A DNA stretch of 64,000 bases from a virus (IMGVR_UViG_3300027690_000123:49991-113990), one strand, 5' to 3'; numbered from the stretch's first letter, positions 1 through 9,421 are shown. Notes: generated by a model from the sequence alone, not told the origin. A program made the numbers and translations.

Positions 1-489
1 AAGGCGCCGGCGTCCAGTTCAAAGGTTCACCACCCGCCGTGTTGCAATGTCCAGTCCGGGTTGGTCCGCCATGTGAAAAGGGCAGTGAATCTTGGCCGTC
101 ATCTGTGCCGGGCATACGGTGTCAGCCCCCGGGAGGAAGACATCGTCATTGCTGCTTTGTTGCTGCATGACATCTGGAAAAACGACTTTAAAAAACACGC
201 CTCCCGAGCCGGTCAATATATTCTCGATATTATTGCACAAAACCATGAAAAGTATGGCCCCATCGGAACCGAGGCGCTGGCGCAGATCATCAAAGCGATC
301 CGGTATCACATGGGGTTGTGGACCGAGCCGGACATTAAGAAGCCTATCGCCGAGTACACGCTGATCGAGCTGATCGTTTACACGGCGGATTACATTTCCT
401 CCCGCAATGAGATTGCCATCCCGATTCAAGACGAATGCGATCTGACAATCGAGTTTCCCGGTGAGGATCTGGTCAAAGGGGGTGTGTAA
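1..489 (+). CDS. HD-domain phosphohydrolase (YhaM-like), 5' partial
   Basis: Frame open from base 1 (KAPASSSKVHHP..GLVRH); ALLLHDIWK, YHMGLW and TADY motifs. Confidence 0.8.
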   Translation, partial: KAPASSSKVHHPPCCNVQSGLVRHVKRAVNLGRHLCRAYGVSPREEDIVIAALLLHDIWKNDFKKHASRAGQYILDIIAQNHEKYGPIGTEALAQIIKAIRYHMGLWTEPDIKKPIAEYTLIELIVYTADYISSRNEIAIPIQDECDLTIEFPGEDLVKGGV

Positions 490-1157
490 TGAGGAAAGCC
501 AAAGCCCGGGGTGAGCTGCTTACGGTCAATATCGCCGACGTTTACCCCAACGATTACAATTACAATGAGATGTCGGCCGAGATGATGGAAAAAGAGGCCG
601 AGGCATTCCGCCGGTTCGGGGTGATCCGTTCGATCCTGGTCCGCCAGATAGGGACCAAATACGTCATCATCGATGGGGAACACCGGTACAAGATTCTCAG
701 GGATGCCGGCGTCGCCCGGGTGCAGGTCAGGAACCTGGGGCACATTTCCGATGAGGAAGCCAAGACGCTGACGATTGCGATGGATGAGATCAAAGGTCAG
801 CCTGATTTTCTCCGATCTGCAGAGTTGTTTGCCGACATCAAGGGATATTCGTTCGAGGATATATCGACCTTCCTGCCTTACAAGCCCGAGGAACTGCAAA
901 CGATGGTGGATGCCGTCGATTTTGATTTCTCCGAATATGGCTCGCCCTCTGATCCGTTTGACGATGACATGGTCACCGAATTTGCCACCATCGTCTGCCG
1001 GGTGCCAAAGGATGAGGTGGGGGAGATCGATACGGCGTCTGAGGCACTGGCAACCCGCCTGGGGGTGTCGGATAAGAAAGAACCCGTTCAATTGGGAAAA
1101 CTATTTACCCATCTGCTCAAGGAGGCAACTGCCAATAAGAAAGAGGCATCTGCATAG
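489..1157 (+). CDS. ParB/Sulfiredoxin N-terminal domain protein
   Basis: YPNDYNYN...SILVR...IIDGEHR motif typical of ParB/Srx. Confidence 0.85.
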   Translation: MRKAKARGELLTVNIADVYPNDYNYNEMSAEMMEKEAEAFRRFGVIRSILVRQIGTKYVIIDGEHRYKILRDAGVARVQVRNLGHISDEEAKTLTIAMDEIKGQPDFLRSAELFADIKGYSFEDISTFLPYKPEELQTMVDAVDFDFSEYGSPSDPFDDDMVTEFATIVCRVPKDEVGEIDTASEALATRLGVSDKKEPVQLGKLFTHLLKEATANKKEASA

Positions 1158-1203
1158 AATTTGAGGGGTTCAGGTGGCAACAAGTAGCAGTTGAGGAAGC
1201 AAC

Positions 1204-1860
1204 ATGGCAAAAAAATCAAGTAAAATAGGGAAATCCAAACGAGCAGGTCTTAGCGAAATGACTAAGGCTAAAAACCTGTATTTGGAAAAAATGGGTGAAA
1301 TTTCCGATTCACAGATAGCCCGCCTGGTCGGTTGTAATCGGAATACGGTCAAGGCGTGGAAGGAAAAAGGCAACTGGCCAGCACTTTTGGCAGACATTCA
1401 GCACGCTGCTGACAAAAAAACAGTTGAGCGTGCAGCGACCAAAATCGCCGACCAATCGGAAATCTTTTACGATGAGATTTTTGCCGTCATGCGCTTGGCT
1501 GGTTTGTACGCCCGGAAGCACATGCTTCAGTTCGACGATCATGGTCGGCCGATCAAAGACGCCCAGGGCCAGCCGATGTTCCGCGTCGGGTTGACGCCCA
1601 ACGATGTGCGGAATTTGATCTCCACTATGGAAAGCTGCCAGCGGATGCAGCGGCTCCACACCGGCCAGTCCACTGCGAACAACAATAACAAGATCAGTGG
1701 TGAAGTGGTGAACCGTCGCCCGGTGGGTGAGGAACAGTTCGAAAAGGCGGTCAAAAAGGTTCTGGAGACAGGGGATGCAGAGGCCCAGGATGCCTTGCTT
1801 AAAATGATCGAAAGCCGTCAGAAGCTCGTTGAAATGGCGGAGGCGGGTTCCAATGACTGA
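1204..1860 (+). CDS. terS: Terminase small subunit (putative)
   Basis: N-terminal HTH (SDSQIARLVGCNRNTVKAWK), helical body, two genes upstream of terL. Confidence 0.7.
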   Translation: MAKKSSKIGKSKRAGLSEMTKAKNLYLEKMGEISDSQIARLVGCNRNTVKAWKEKGNWPALLADIQHAADKKTVERAATKIADQSEIFYDEIFAVMRLAGLYARKHMLQFDDHGRPIKDAQGQPMFRVGLTPNDVRNLISTMESCQRMQRLHTGQSTANNNNKISGEVVNRRPVGEEQFEKAVKKVLETGDAEAQDALLKMIESRQKLVEMAEAGSND

Positions 1861-2077
1861 CATGGAAATGGATGTTGCATCTTTCATCGAACGAAACGGC
1901 CGGGAGTTTTTTGACTGCCGGCAGGCTCCTGATCCGGTGGATACCGTCACCATGATTGATGGGGTGCCTATCTCCACACAGGGGATGAAAGAGATTCGTT
2001 TTTACAGCCGGGTCATGGGGGTGTCGGTGCAGGAATTCATGGCCCGCATCATAGAAGGGTGGCTCCGTGACTGCTGA
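1853..2077 (+). CDS. Small hypothetical protein
   Basis: ORF overlapping the terS stop and terL start; ATG 1853 preferred over 1829. Confidence 0.55.
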   Translation: MTDMEMDVASFIERNGREFFDCRQAPDPVDTVTMIDGVPISTQGMKEIRFYSRVMGVSVQEFMARIIEGWLRDC

Positions 2078-3677
2078 TGTTCCAAATGATAGCTTTGCGG
2101 CGACGTGGGCGGTCCAGACCCGGAAAATCCGCGGGGAGCCCTATGGGTTTATCGATTACAAGAACCCGTATCGTCACCGCCCTTTTTTGATGTATCCGCT
2201 CATGGTGCAGCCGCGGGTGAAGGGATATAAAAAATCCCGCCAGGCGGGGGTGTCTGAAAACAGCGTCACCGAAGTTCTTTGGGCGATGGATACTTACCCG
2301 GTCAACGTGGTTTACACGTTTCCATCCCCGAAGCAGGTTGAGGATTTCTCCAATGTTCGCGTCAAGGATGCTTTAACCGGGTCGATCGGTGGGTGCCTTG
2401 AGTCGATGATGGGGGATCCACAAAACGTCACGCTGCGGAAGTTGGGGAAAGGTGCCCTCTACCTGCGTTCTTCCACCAACCCGAAATTGGGTGAAGGTAT
2501 CGACGCCGATCTCGTTGTGTTCGACGAAATCGACCGCATGAAGCGTGGCGTCGGTATCGCGTTCAAAGAGTCCCTTTCGGCATCCAAGTTCGGGTGGCAG
2601 CGGGAGCTGTCTACGCCTACATTGCCCGGCCGCGGCATCGATGAGCTGTGGCAAAAGTCCAATCAGATGTATTGGATGGTCAAATGTGAGGCGTGCGGCC
2701 ATGAGCAGTGGCTCAAATACCCGGATAATATTCTCGAGTTGAAGCACGTCCCGCCGCATGAGAAAATCGTTCCGAAAGGTTCATACGAATATTGCTGCTC
2801 CAAGTGCAAGTCGCCCAAGATCGACCGGTGGCGGGGGCGCTGGGTGCCGATGTATCCCTCCCGGGCCGATTATGTCTGTTTCCATATCAACCAGTTGATG
2901 TGCTGTTGGCTGTCGGCTGATGAGATCATGCAAAAGAAGCGGGACTATCGTTTTCCCCAATTGTTTTGGAATTACGTTCTCGGGGAAACCTACGCCAGCG
3001 ATAACATCCTTTTGACGGACCATATTCTCGACCTGTGTACGGATATTGACTTGCGCCCGCAAATCGTCCGTTTGCCAAAGTACAGCTATATCACAGCGGG
3101 GATCGACTGGGGTACGTTCAACTGGTGTACGGTATGGGGATTGAGGGCTGACACCGGGATAAGGGAAATGCTCGGTATCATGGTGACGGAGGATTCCAAG
3201 GAACCGCTGGAGAGTACAAAACGGATTGAAAAATTCCTTCGACCATTCAAGCCTGACATCGTCGTGGCGGACTGGGGGTATGGGAAAGACCGGGTGACAT
3301 ATCTGGTTAAGGCTTTTCCTGGCCGGGTGTATGGCTGCACCTATGCCGATGAGTCGCGGATGGTCAAACCTCGATTCTCCGATGAAGCGAGTACGGTGTC
3401 TGTGGACCGGACGGCGTGGTTGAAAAGCATGTCCCATGAGTTCAGGGAGCAGCGGGCCGCCATCATGGACATCGACCATGAGCCGTTGGTGTCCACCTAC
3501 AGGGCACATATGAAATCGTTGGTCACGATGCTCACCGAAGAAGATGACGGGACGATCAAGGAACGGATCGAGGAAACCGGTGACGATCATTTCGCCCATG
3601 CGACCGGCTACGGTTTCATGGGTTTTGAATATCGGGAAATGAAAGGCAGCGGTGGGTTCAGCTTTGATTTTGTTTGA
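2067..3677 (+). CDS. terL: Terminase large subunit, gpA family
   Basis: KSRQAGVSE Walker A-like, VVFDEIDR Walker B, STPT motif, CxxC pairs, nuclease GIDWG and DDHFAHA; intact. Confidence 0.93.
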   Translation: MTADVPNDSFAATWAVQTRKIRGEPYGFIDYKNPYRHRPFLMYPLMVQPRVKGYKKSRQAGVSENSVTEVLWAMDTYPVNVVYTFPSPKQVEDFSNVRVKDALTGSIGGCLESMMGDPQNVTLRKLGKGALYLRSSTNPKLGEGIDADLVVFDEIDRMKRGVGIAFKESLSASKFGWQRELSTPTLPGRGIDELWQKSNQMYWMVKCEACGHEQWLKYPDNILELKHVPPHEKIVPKGSYEYCCSKCKSPKIDRWRGRWVPMYPSRADYVCFHINQLMCCWLSADEIMQKKRDYRFPQLFWNYVLGETYASDNILLTDHILDLCTDIDLRPQIVRLPKYSYITAGIDWGTFNWCTVWGLRADTGIREMLGIMVTEDSKEPLESTKRIEKFLRPFKPDIVVADWGYGKDRVTYLVKAFPGRVYGCTYADESRMVKPRFSDEASTVSVDRTAWLKSMSHEFREQRAAIMDIDHEPLVSTYRAHMKSLVTMLTEEDDGTIKERIEETGDDHFAHATGYGFMGFEYREMKGSGGFSFDFV

Positions 3678-3687
3678 TCTCGAACCG

Positions 3688-3701
3688 AAGTAACCAATTA
3701 C
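3688..3701. promoter_or_regulatory. Palindromic phage regulatory motif copy (AAGTAACCAATTAC)
   Basis: Matches the AAGTAA-NN-RATTAC element repeated 11 times in the window; 11 bp after the terL stop. Confidence 0.6.
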
Positions 3702-4353
3702 AATTAAAAATCTGGCAATGGCTTTATCGACGCAGAAACATTGTTTTGGTGCTTAATATTTCTAAGGCCTACAAATTGGCCCCACGCGGTGCCACCTCAA
3801 TTAAACCGAATATTGTTCTTTGTCTGAATGACACCCTGATCAGTATCGATTTTTCGAAGTTCACTTTTTAACCCTCTGTTTACATATGCTTTTCATTTGT
3901 TTCATTGACATATTAAGACCATGGCGTTAGGAATCATACGATCCCTGCGCCAAGTTCATAGCTATAAAACAGATGACAAAGGATGGAACGCCACCCTTCT
4001 TTTTGAATTGGCCTATGTCTTTTATGGGACCGGACCGTAAAGTCAATGAAATAGGGGCATGCCGATAAGGCCCAGGGAAGGGCCCAGTTCTATTTCACAA
4101 GGTCTGTTGGGGTAACAATCTATTTTCCGCGATAAAAATTATAGCTGTCCACTACACAGTGAATATTTAACGATTTCATTTCATTCAAAGGTGGGGCAAA
4201 CATAAAATGGTATCGAAGCTGAGTGCATAGAGATAATTTTTTCATATGATTTATGAGTGTTAGGTTTTATTTGAACGGATTTACCAAATCATTGTCATTC
4301 GGACCAGAACACTGTCGTCACTGATGGGTTATATATGAATTTATTGTAAACGG

Positions 4354-4380
4354 TCATAACGACTAATATTAAAGTTGGGC
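4354..4380 (+). other. attI-like site / first cassette core (TCATAACGACTAATATTAAAG|TTGGGC)
   Basis: GTTGGGC at 4374-4380 is the exact complement of the first attC R'' (GCCCAAC, 5797); upstream CTAATATTAAAGTT resembles class 1 attI CCTAAAACAAAGTT; no attC hairpin here. Confidence 0.55.
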
Positions 4381-4395
4381 AAATCGAGGCATAAT

Positions 4396-4803
4396 ATGCC
4401 AATCATAATTGTGGCTTTTGAAAATCCTGAGGATATTACTGGTCCCCATTTCGATGGAAAGGTTTTCCGCTTTCCTGTCACGGTTATCGATCGTAATGAT
4501 TTGGGTAAACCACGGCAGGCTTCCAAATCCATCTCATTTCACATCAGAGCTGAAATATCGAGGAGCCGCTTAATTACATGGCATCTTATGGAAGGCGACC
4601 TCATTAAGGTCATGTTCGAGATTGCGAAAGAAAATTTGCTTTCTGAAATAAGCTCCGGAAAATGGAATGGTGAGGACATTGACGTACAAATAAACACTTT
4701 TACGTACAGAGGGGCGTGCCCTTTCGATCCATCGGATATCCAGCAACCTACTGGCGCAGTTTTTGAAATTGAAGTGAAACGCCCTATCGGATTTATTGTT
4801 TAG
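4396..4803 (+). CDS. Cassette 1 ORF A, hypothetical protein
   Basis: ATG 4396 after GAGG; first ORF after the attI-like core. Confidence 0.7.
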   Translation: MPIIIVAFENPEDITGPHFDGKVFRFPVTVIDRNDLGKPRQASKSISFHIRAEISRSRLITWHLMEGDLIKVMFEIAKENLLSEISSGKWNGEDIDVQINTFTYRGACPFDPSDIQQPTGAVFEIEVKRPIGFIV

Positions 4804-5790
4804 GTGGCTAAAATGAAAAAATGCCCATACTGTGCTGAAGATATTCAAGATGCTGCCATAAAATGCCGGTTTTGTGGAGAGTGGATCGGAAAAAGTGAAG
4901 ACGCCATGCAGATCGAAAGCGGCTCCCTTCCTTTCGTAAATGTTGATAAATGCTCCGATAATCCAGACGATGATATATCAAATCCGACTGTAGCAGAGCC
5001 ACATAATGATACCTACTTTGAAAAAGAGAGTAACGGAATTTCTCAAGAGGTTATCTATTCTCCATTATGTCGTAAACCAAAGTGGGGGTGGGGTTGGTTT
5101 TTACTCCTTTCTCTTACTATACCAGGATTTAAGTTGCTCCTTTCGTATGAATCGCCCATAGCATTTCTTATAATGTTTATCGGCTGGATTCTTGTGCTCA
5201 TCTTTTATTTTTGGTTAAGAACCAAATTGATGAAAAGAGAGAAATATGGGCAAAAAGTATGGCTTCAATCTTTTTATTCGGGGCTCTTTGCTTACTGTTT
5301 AGCCCTCCTTTTAATAGGAGTTGGTTCTTTCTTTGGAACAATTCAGGAAAATAAAATGCATTCAGAATTTTTTAAAAATCTTGAGATAAAAGGTGGTCAA
5401 TTAAGGGATAAAGAAATCGAGATAATTAAAGAGATGATTATTGATCCTAAATCGGAAGAAGAATATGCTCAAAATCTCAAATGCGTGAAGGATCTCCTTT
5501 CACTGGAAAACCAGAAATACGATTTTCTCCAAGAGTTCGCCGCTAATATTACTGATGTTGGCAAGCGAAAAGAGAATCAAAACCTTCTCACAAATGCTGC
5601 TCGGCTAAAAGAGCTTTCAAAGCAAAGGTACGATTTAGGTACATCCTATGCAAATAAGTTGATTGAATACCACAATTCGAGGGATGAAGCTTTGCTCGAA
5701 GCAAGCGAGAAAATTATGGTCGACCTTAAGACGGTTAGCGATGAAATTACAGAAACTAGTGACCGTATAAATGGCTTTTTTGAAAAGTGA
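4804..5790 (+). CDS. Cassette 1 ORF B, zinc-ribbon plus three-TM membrane protein
   Basis: CPYCAEDIQDAAIKCRFCGEW; three hydrophobic helices; helical C-terminus. Confidence 0.75.
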   Translation: MAKMKKCPYCAEDIQDAAIKCRFCGEWIGKSEDAMQIESGSLPFVNVDKCSDNPDDDISNPTVAEPHNDTYFEKESNGISQEVIYSPLCRKPKWGWGWFLLLSLTIPGFKLLLSYESPIAFLIMFIGWILVLIFYFWLRTKLMKREKYGQKVWLQSFYSGLFAYCLALLLIGVGSFFGTIQENKMHSEFFKNLEIKGGQLRDKEIEIIKEMIIDPKSEEEYAQNLKCVKDLLSLENQKYDFLQEFAANITDVGKRKENQNLLTNAARLKELSKQRYDLGTSYANKLIEYHNSRDEALLEASEKIMVDLKTVSDEITETSDRINGFFEK

Positions 5791-5796
5791 TGGAAT

Positions 5797-5856
5797 GCCC
5801 AACAAGGCTAATTCAGCCGACGCGAAAAGCTGCGCGGCTGATTAGCGACGTTTGGC
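5797..5856 (+). repeat. attC site 1
   Basis: GCCCAAC...AATTCAGCCGACGCGAAAAGCTGCGCGGCTGATTAG...GTTTGGC hairpin. Confidence 0.9.
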
Positions 5857-5961
5857 AGCAAGAGAGATTCGTATAAATATCTGATGGACTGTGTCAGGCA
5901 ATCGAGTGTGTGCTTTGCTATTTATGAAACCGGGCATCTAAATATAAGGAGGTTCGGGATT

Positions 5962-6078
5962 ATGAAAATAATTACTGTAATCGCTCTAATTTTAGGGGTT
6001 GGTGGAAGTCTTTTATATTTTATCTTGTTCAAGAATCGTATTAAATATTTGACTGACAAAAGAAACGAAAACGAATAA
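5962..6078 (+). CDS. 38-aa single-TM peptide (cassette 2)
   Basis: AGGAGG RBS; MKIITVIALILGVGGSLLYFILFKNR... Confidence 0.45.
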   Translation: MKIITVIALILGVGGSLLYFILFKNRIKYLTDKRNENE

Positions 6079-6207
6079 TTGGTATGGCATGCCGCCGGGC
6101 TTAAGAAGACCTTCCAACCTCATGCTTTAGCTGGACCATTGCACCGCTGCCTCCACGCACCATCAAGTAAGCTTTGTGCCGGGCATGTTTTACTAATGCA
6201 ACGAGTT

Positions 6208-6269
6208 GCCCAACCACCTGCTTTTGGGGACGGCGAAAAAGCGCGCCGCCCCTGAGCAGCCCATTCGGT
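6208..6269 (+). repeat. attC site 2 (R' mutated to ATTCGGT)
   Basis: GCCCAAC...GGGGACGGCGAAAAAGCGCGCCGCCCCTGAGCAG...ATTCGGT. Confidence 0.75.
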
Positions 6270-6280
6270 GTTTATAAACT

Positions 6281-6652
6281 ATGAAATACATCTCACATAG
6301 AGTATCGGGAGTGCCTTATGGTCGCAACAAATCGCGCGGCGACATTAATGCGCCTAAGCGTTGGACCACAAGCATAATTGATCAAACGCGGGGACTACCG
6401 AAGATCGCCGAAGCCTGCATTCTCAGGGTAACGTTTCTTCTGCCTCCTAATAAATTTCCATCTGATTTGCCATTCGGGCCAGACTTAGACAACTTGATGA
6501 AGCGGTTTTCTGATGCACTGAATCAAACGATTTTCAGTGAAACGGATGGAAAAGATTCATGTGTAGTAGAAATGAGTGTACTAAAGACCAGAGTTGAAAA
6601 TGAGGATGAGGCGGGAGCAATTTTCGAAGTCCTGCCTATAAGCATAAAATAG
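6281..6652 (+). CDS. RusA-like Holliday junction resolvase/nuclease
   Basis: PDLDNLMKRFSDAL...KDSCVV matches the RusA D-x-D-N-x-x-K-x-x-x-D-A-L motif. Confidence 0.7.
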   Translation: MKYISHRVSGVPYGRNKSRGDINAPKRWTTSIIDQTRGLPKIAEACILRVTFLLPPNKFPSDLPFGPDLDNLMKRFSDALNQTIFSETDGKDSCVVEMSVLKTRVENEDEAGAIFEVLPISIK

Positions 6653-6653
6653 T

Positions 6654-6717
6654 ACCGAACCTTTGGCTGTTGCGGACTCGGTTCCTGGATTTATCCTGTC
6701 GCTCTTGAAGGTTATAG
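6654..6717 (+). repeat. attC site 3 (degenerate)
   Basis: ACCGAAC...TGCGGACTCGGTTCC...GTTATAG; 15-mer shared with the site near 8144. Confidence 0.6.
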
Positions 6718-6794
6718 GCAGCTAATTGCGCATAAGCCATTTGTAAAGGATAAAATTCAGAAGGAAGGTGGCCTTGATAGTATTGTTCAAGGAT

Positions 6795-7343
6795 ATGAGC
6801 AGGCAAAACAAAACTGGTAAATTAACAGAAGAATGGGTGAAGGATAAAATTACTTCACTTGGATTGATTGCAACCGAGCCGGTCCCAGACAGAGGTGTCG
6901 ATTTTCTCGTTACCTCTGTTAACGATCCTGAGAAAAATTTAAAGATACAAGTCAAAGGGAGAGGGAAAATACAGAATAATAAGCGCTACAGATGGTTTCA
7001 AATTCGAACAACCCAAAAACAACGGGATGAAACTTTAAAAGAAGGTTTACCGCTCAGCGAATCCTGGCGTAAAAAGGCCAACTTGGCTGATATATTTATT
7101 TTTGTATCTGAGATGTTTCATGAATTCTGGATTTTCCAAAGGAAGGACCTTGATGATCTCATCTTGTTAAACACTAAAAAATACGGAAATCGTGCTGACA
7201 ATAAAAATGGAAATCAGGCCGAAATAGATCTTGATTTAGAAATTAATGGAATGCCCCTTACGGAAATATATAGAGACAATCTGGAGAACTGGGGGCTCAT
7301 AACCAGCGTTTTTAGCGGACCGCGAGGACCATGCGTCCGCTGA
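6795..7343 (+). CDS. PD-(D/E)XK nuclease (DUF4365-like)
   Basis: DRGVDFLV...KIQVKG; ORF reads into attC4. Confidence 0.7.
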   Translation: MSRQNKTGKLTEEWVKDKITSLGLIATEPVPDRGVDFLVTSVNDPEKNLKIQVKGRGKIQNNKRYRWFQIRTTQKQRDETLKEGLPLSESWRKKANLADIFIFVSEMFHEFWIFQRKDLDDLILLNTKKYGNRADNKNGNQAEIDLDLEINGMPLTEIYRDNLENWGLITSVFSGPRGPCVR

Positions 7344-7358
7344 AACTTGGCGTTCGGT
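7297..7358 (+). repeat. attC site 4
   Basis: TCATAACCAG...AGCGGACCGC...GCGTCCGCTGAAACTTGGCGTTCGGT hairpin. Confidence 0.9.
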
Positions 7359-7377
7359 CATCAAAAGGAGAAGCACG

Positions 7378-7974
7378 ATGCGAAACACCACGATATCAAT
7401 ATGCCTCTTTGCAGCCATGCTCCTCGCTACGCCGACTTTCGCCGCAGGAAATCAGGATGCTTACTACGGTTTCTTCCCGTCAGAGAAGGGAATTAACCAC
7501 AAGAAATTCATTCACAACATTTTCGGATTCTCGATTGACATCCCATCAACGTGGGTATTCGGGGTTAACGGCACGCCGCCTACGGCGGTTGTTTTCTTGT
7601 ATCGTGAGGGTTTAGTCACGGCCAAGTTCTCAGAGGATTACGAGACAATAGAGATCGGCCAAATTCCATTCGTGGGCATGACACTCACTGAAGCACAGGA
7701 AACCTTCATGCGAGGTATGAGAGGCAAACATCCTAAGCACACCATCGTGAAACAACCTGCTGCAGGAAAGGTCAATGGCTTGCCATCTATGTCGTGGATA
7801 TACGAGTGGCTATCGAAAACCGGATATACAGTCACGGAATATGTCACCCTCGTCCAAAGTCCCAGTGGAATGCGCTCATTGGCGGTCAGGACAACCCGAC
7901 GTGACTATTCATCAAGAATGAAGTTCTACAATGGCATTCTAGAGACTTTTGAACCATTCAGGCCGAAATACTGA
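7378..7974 (+). CDS. Secreted hypothetical protein (PsbP-like fold possible)
   Basis: Signal peptide ending TFA-A; FGFSIDIPSTW beta-rich pattern. Confidence 0.65.
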   Translation: MRNTTISICLFAAMLLATPTFAAGNQDAYYGFFPSEKGINHKKFIHNIFGFSIDIPSTWVFGVNGTPPTAVVFLYREGLVTAKFSEDYETIEIGQIPFVGMTLTEAQETFMRGMRGKHPKHTIVKQPAAGKVNGLPSMSWIYEWLSKTGYTVTEYVTLVQSPSGMRSLAVRTTRRDYSSRMKFYNGILETFEPFRPKY

Positions 7975-7977
7975 AAG

Positions 7978-8051
7978 ACCGAACGGCATGCACAGCGTCG
8001 TGGGTACCCCAGGCCTAAAATGGCCGCGAGAGGCAGAAGCAGGTGTTTGGG
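7978..8051 (+). repeat. attC site 5 (degenerate)
   Basis: ACCGAAC directly after the stop complements GTTCGGT (7352); weak hairpin. Confidence 0.55.
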
Positions 8052-8127
8052 AAAAGACAGGCTTGGACTCTTACATCGCTAAAGAAGCTATTGAAATCGT
8101 GTTTGGCAAAGAATGAGGGAGTGAAAC

Positions 8128-8184
8128 GCTGAAATCGGCCTGCTGCGGACTCGGTTCCCTTGCGCCTGAGGCTGGGCGTTATCC
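8128..8184 (+). repeat. attC site 6 (left core decayed)
   Basis: TGCTGCGGACTCGGTTCC...CCTGAGGCTGGGCGTTATCC; R' GTTATCC complements GGATAAC at 8701. Confidence 0.65.
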
Positions 8185-8205
8185 AAGAATGAAGGTGACA
8201 AATAA

Positions 8206-8685
8206 TTGCATAAATTACAATCGAGTATTATTGGGGCTGCTGGGGAACATTATGTCGCGGCTATGCTTTCCGCTAAGGGGCTTGTTGTTGCTTTACCTCG
8301 GGGTGGAGTCCCATCAACTGATTTAATAGTTACTAGTGAAGTCGGTGGTAGGGCTATTTCAATTCAGGTAAAGACAGGCACTGCCTCGTTTCAAAATAGA
8401 AAGCGAAAACCCGAAGAAAGCTATTATGTATGGGATACTAAATTCAAGGCAATGAACTTATCAAACGATTCAAGTTGGTATGCATATGTTTACTTGAATG
8501 GATGGCCAGTTGAGGGGCAAATGCCAAAGGTTTTCTTTGTACCATCATGCGTAGTCGCAGAATGTATGCGCAAACAGCAAGAATATGGACAAAAGCGCCC
8601 TTTCTTTTGGATGTATGAGCACGAAGCTGAAAGCTACAGGGATTTGATAGGTTGCCAAAAGATCATTGACCACCTACAAGAATAG
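8206..8685 (+). CDS. PD-(D/E)XK nuclease
   Basis: GAAGEHYVAAML...TDLIV...IQVKT. Confidence 0.75.
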   Translation: MHKLQSSIIGAAGEHYVAAMLSAKGLVVALPRGGVPSTDLIVTSEVGGRAISIQVKTGTASFQNRKRKPEESYYVWDTKFKAMNLSNDSSWYAYVYLNGWPVEGQMPKVFFVPSCVVAECMRKQQEYGQKRPFFWMYEHEAESYRDLIGCQKIIDHLQE

Positions 8686-8700
8686 ACGCGAACAAATTTT

Positions 8701-8759
8701 GGATAACCAGGGGCTGTTGATGGACTCGCTTCGCTCGCCACAAAGCCCCGCCGTTCGGC
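8701..8759 (+). repeat. attC site 7
   Basis: GGATAACCAGGGGCTGTTG...CAAAGCCCCGCCGTTCGGC hairpin. Confidence 0.9.
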
Positions 8760-8773
8760 TTGAGGAAAGACTT

Positions 8774-9421
8774 ATGAGTTTGAGTCCTGCTTTCAGACAA
8801 CTCGTGGCATTTGCGAGAAATCATCAAGGCCCTACTCTTCCGACCCTTGGCGGAAGGAGGTCTTTCGCTTTACAGGTCTCGGATGACGCGTTTACATATA
8901 CTCCAGTTACAACACGAAAGTCCCGTCGCCAAGAATTTGTCCACGCTAACCGAGTATTTGAGCGCTACCTTGAAACGGGTTCTCTCAAGACATCCGACTA
9001 TACAGATCTCACGGTGAATTCTTCATATTTATTAGCTCTAATTAAGGCGTACTCAGAAAAGGCGTGGCCGCTGACGCCCAATACGAAGGAGGGCGAACTA
9101 CACGTACTAGAAGGTCTCATTAAGGAACGCAAAATCCTCAGCAGAAGTCGTAATAGGCAACTTGCTGATAGATGCAAGGAAAGGGACAATTACACGTGTA
9201 AAGGCTGCGGCTTTAGTACTAAGATACACGGCAGAAGCGTAGTGGAGTGTCATCATATACTACCTCTTCACGAATCGGATGGCGTAGTGACAGATTTGAA
9301 TGATCTCATTACCACCTGTTCAACATGCCACCGTTTGGTTCATCTCCAGACTCCTCCAATGGATGTTAACAGTTTGGAGAAAATTTTGAGCCGAACAACC
9401 ATCTTCAGCAGACCGCGGTAA
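8774..9421 (+). CDS. HNH endonuclease (McrA-like) with an uncharacterised N-terminal domain
   Basis: CKGCGF...VECHHILPLHE...NDLITTCSTCHRLVH; start moved to ATG 8774 (GAGGA RBS, downstream of attC7). Confidence 0.8.
   Translation: MSLSPAFRQLVAFARNHQGPTLPTLGGRRSFALQVSDDAFTYTPVTTRKSRRQEFVHANRVFERYLETGSLKTSDYTDLTVNSSYLLALIKAYSEKAWPLTPNTKEGELHVLEGLIKERKILSRSRNRQLADRCKERDNYTCKGCGFSTKIHGRSVVECHHILPLHESDGVVTDLNDLITTCSTCHRLVHLQTPPMDVNSLEKILSRTTIFSRPR

Noticed and set aside
2067-3677. Intron or intein in terL, as is common in SPO1/Twort-like phages
   Set aside because: Continuous 536-aa frame with all motifs and no intein ends or homing endonuclease
3674-4340. Possible intI or other gene upstream of the array, including the 65-aa ORF at 3674-3871
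   Set aside because: No tyrosine-recombinase motifs in the frames I translated, frequent stops, and too little space for IntI
8666-8773. N-terminal extension of the HNH ORF; likewise 15302-15337 for gmrSD
   Set aside because: These run through attC sites; better RBS-linked ATGs lie inside the cassettes
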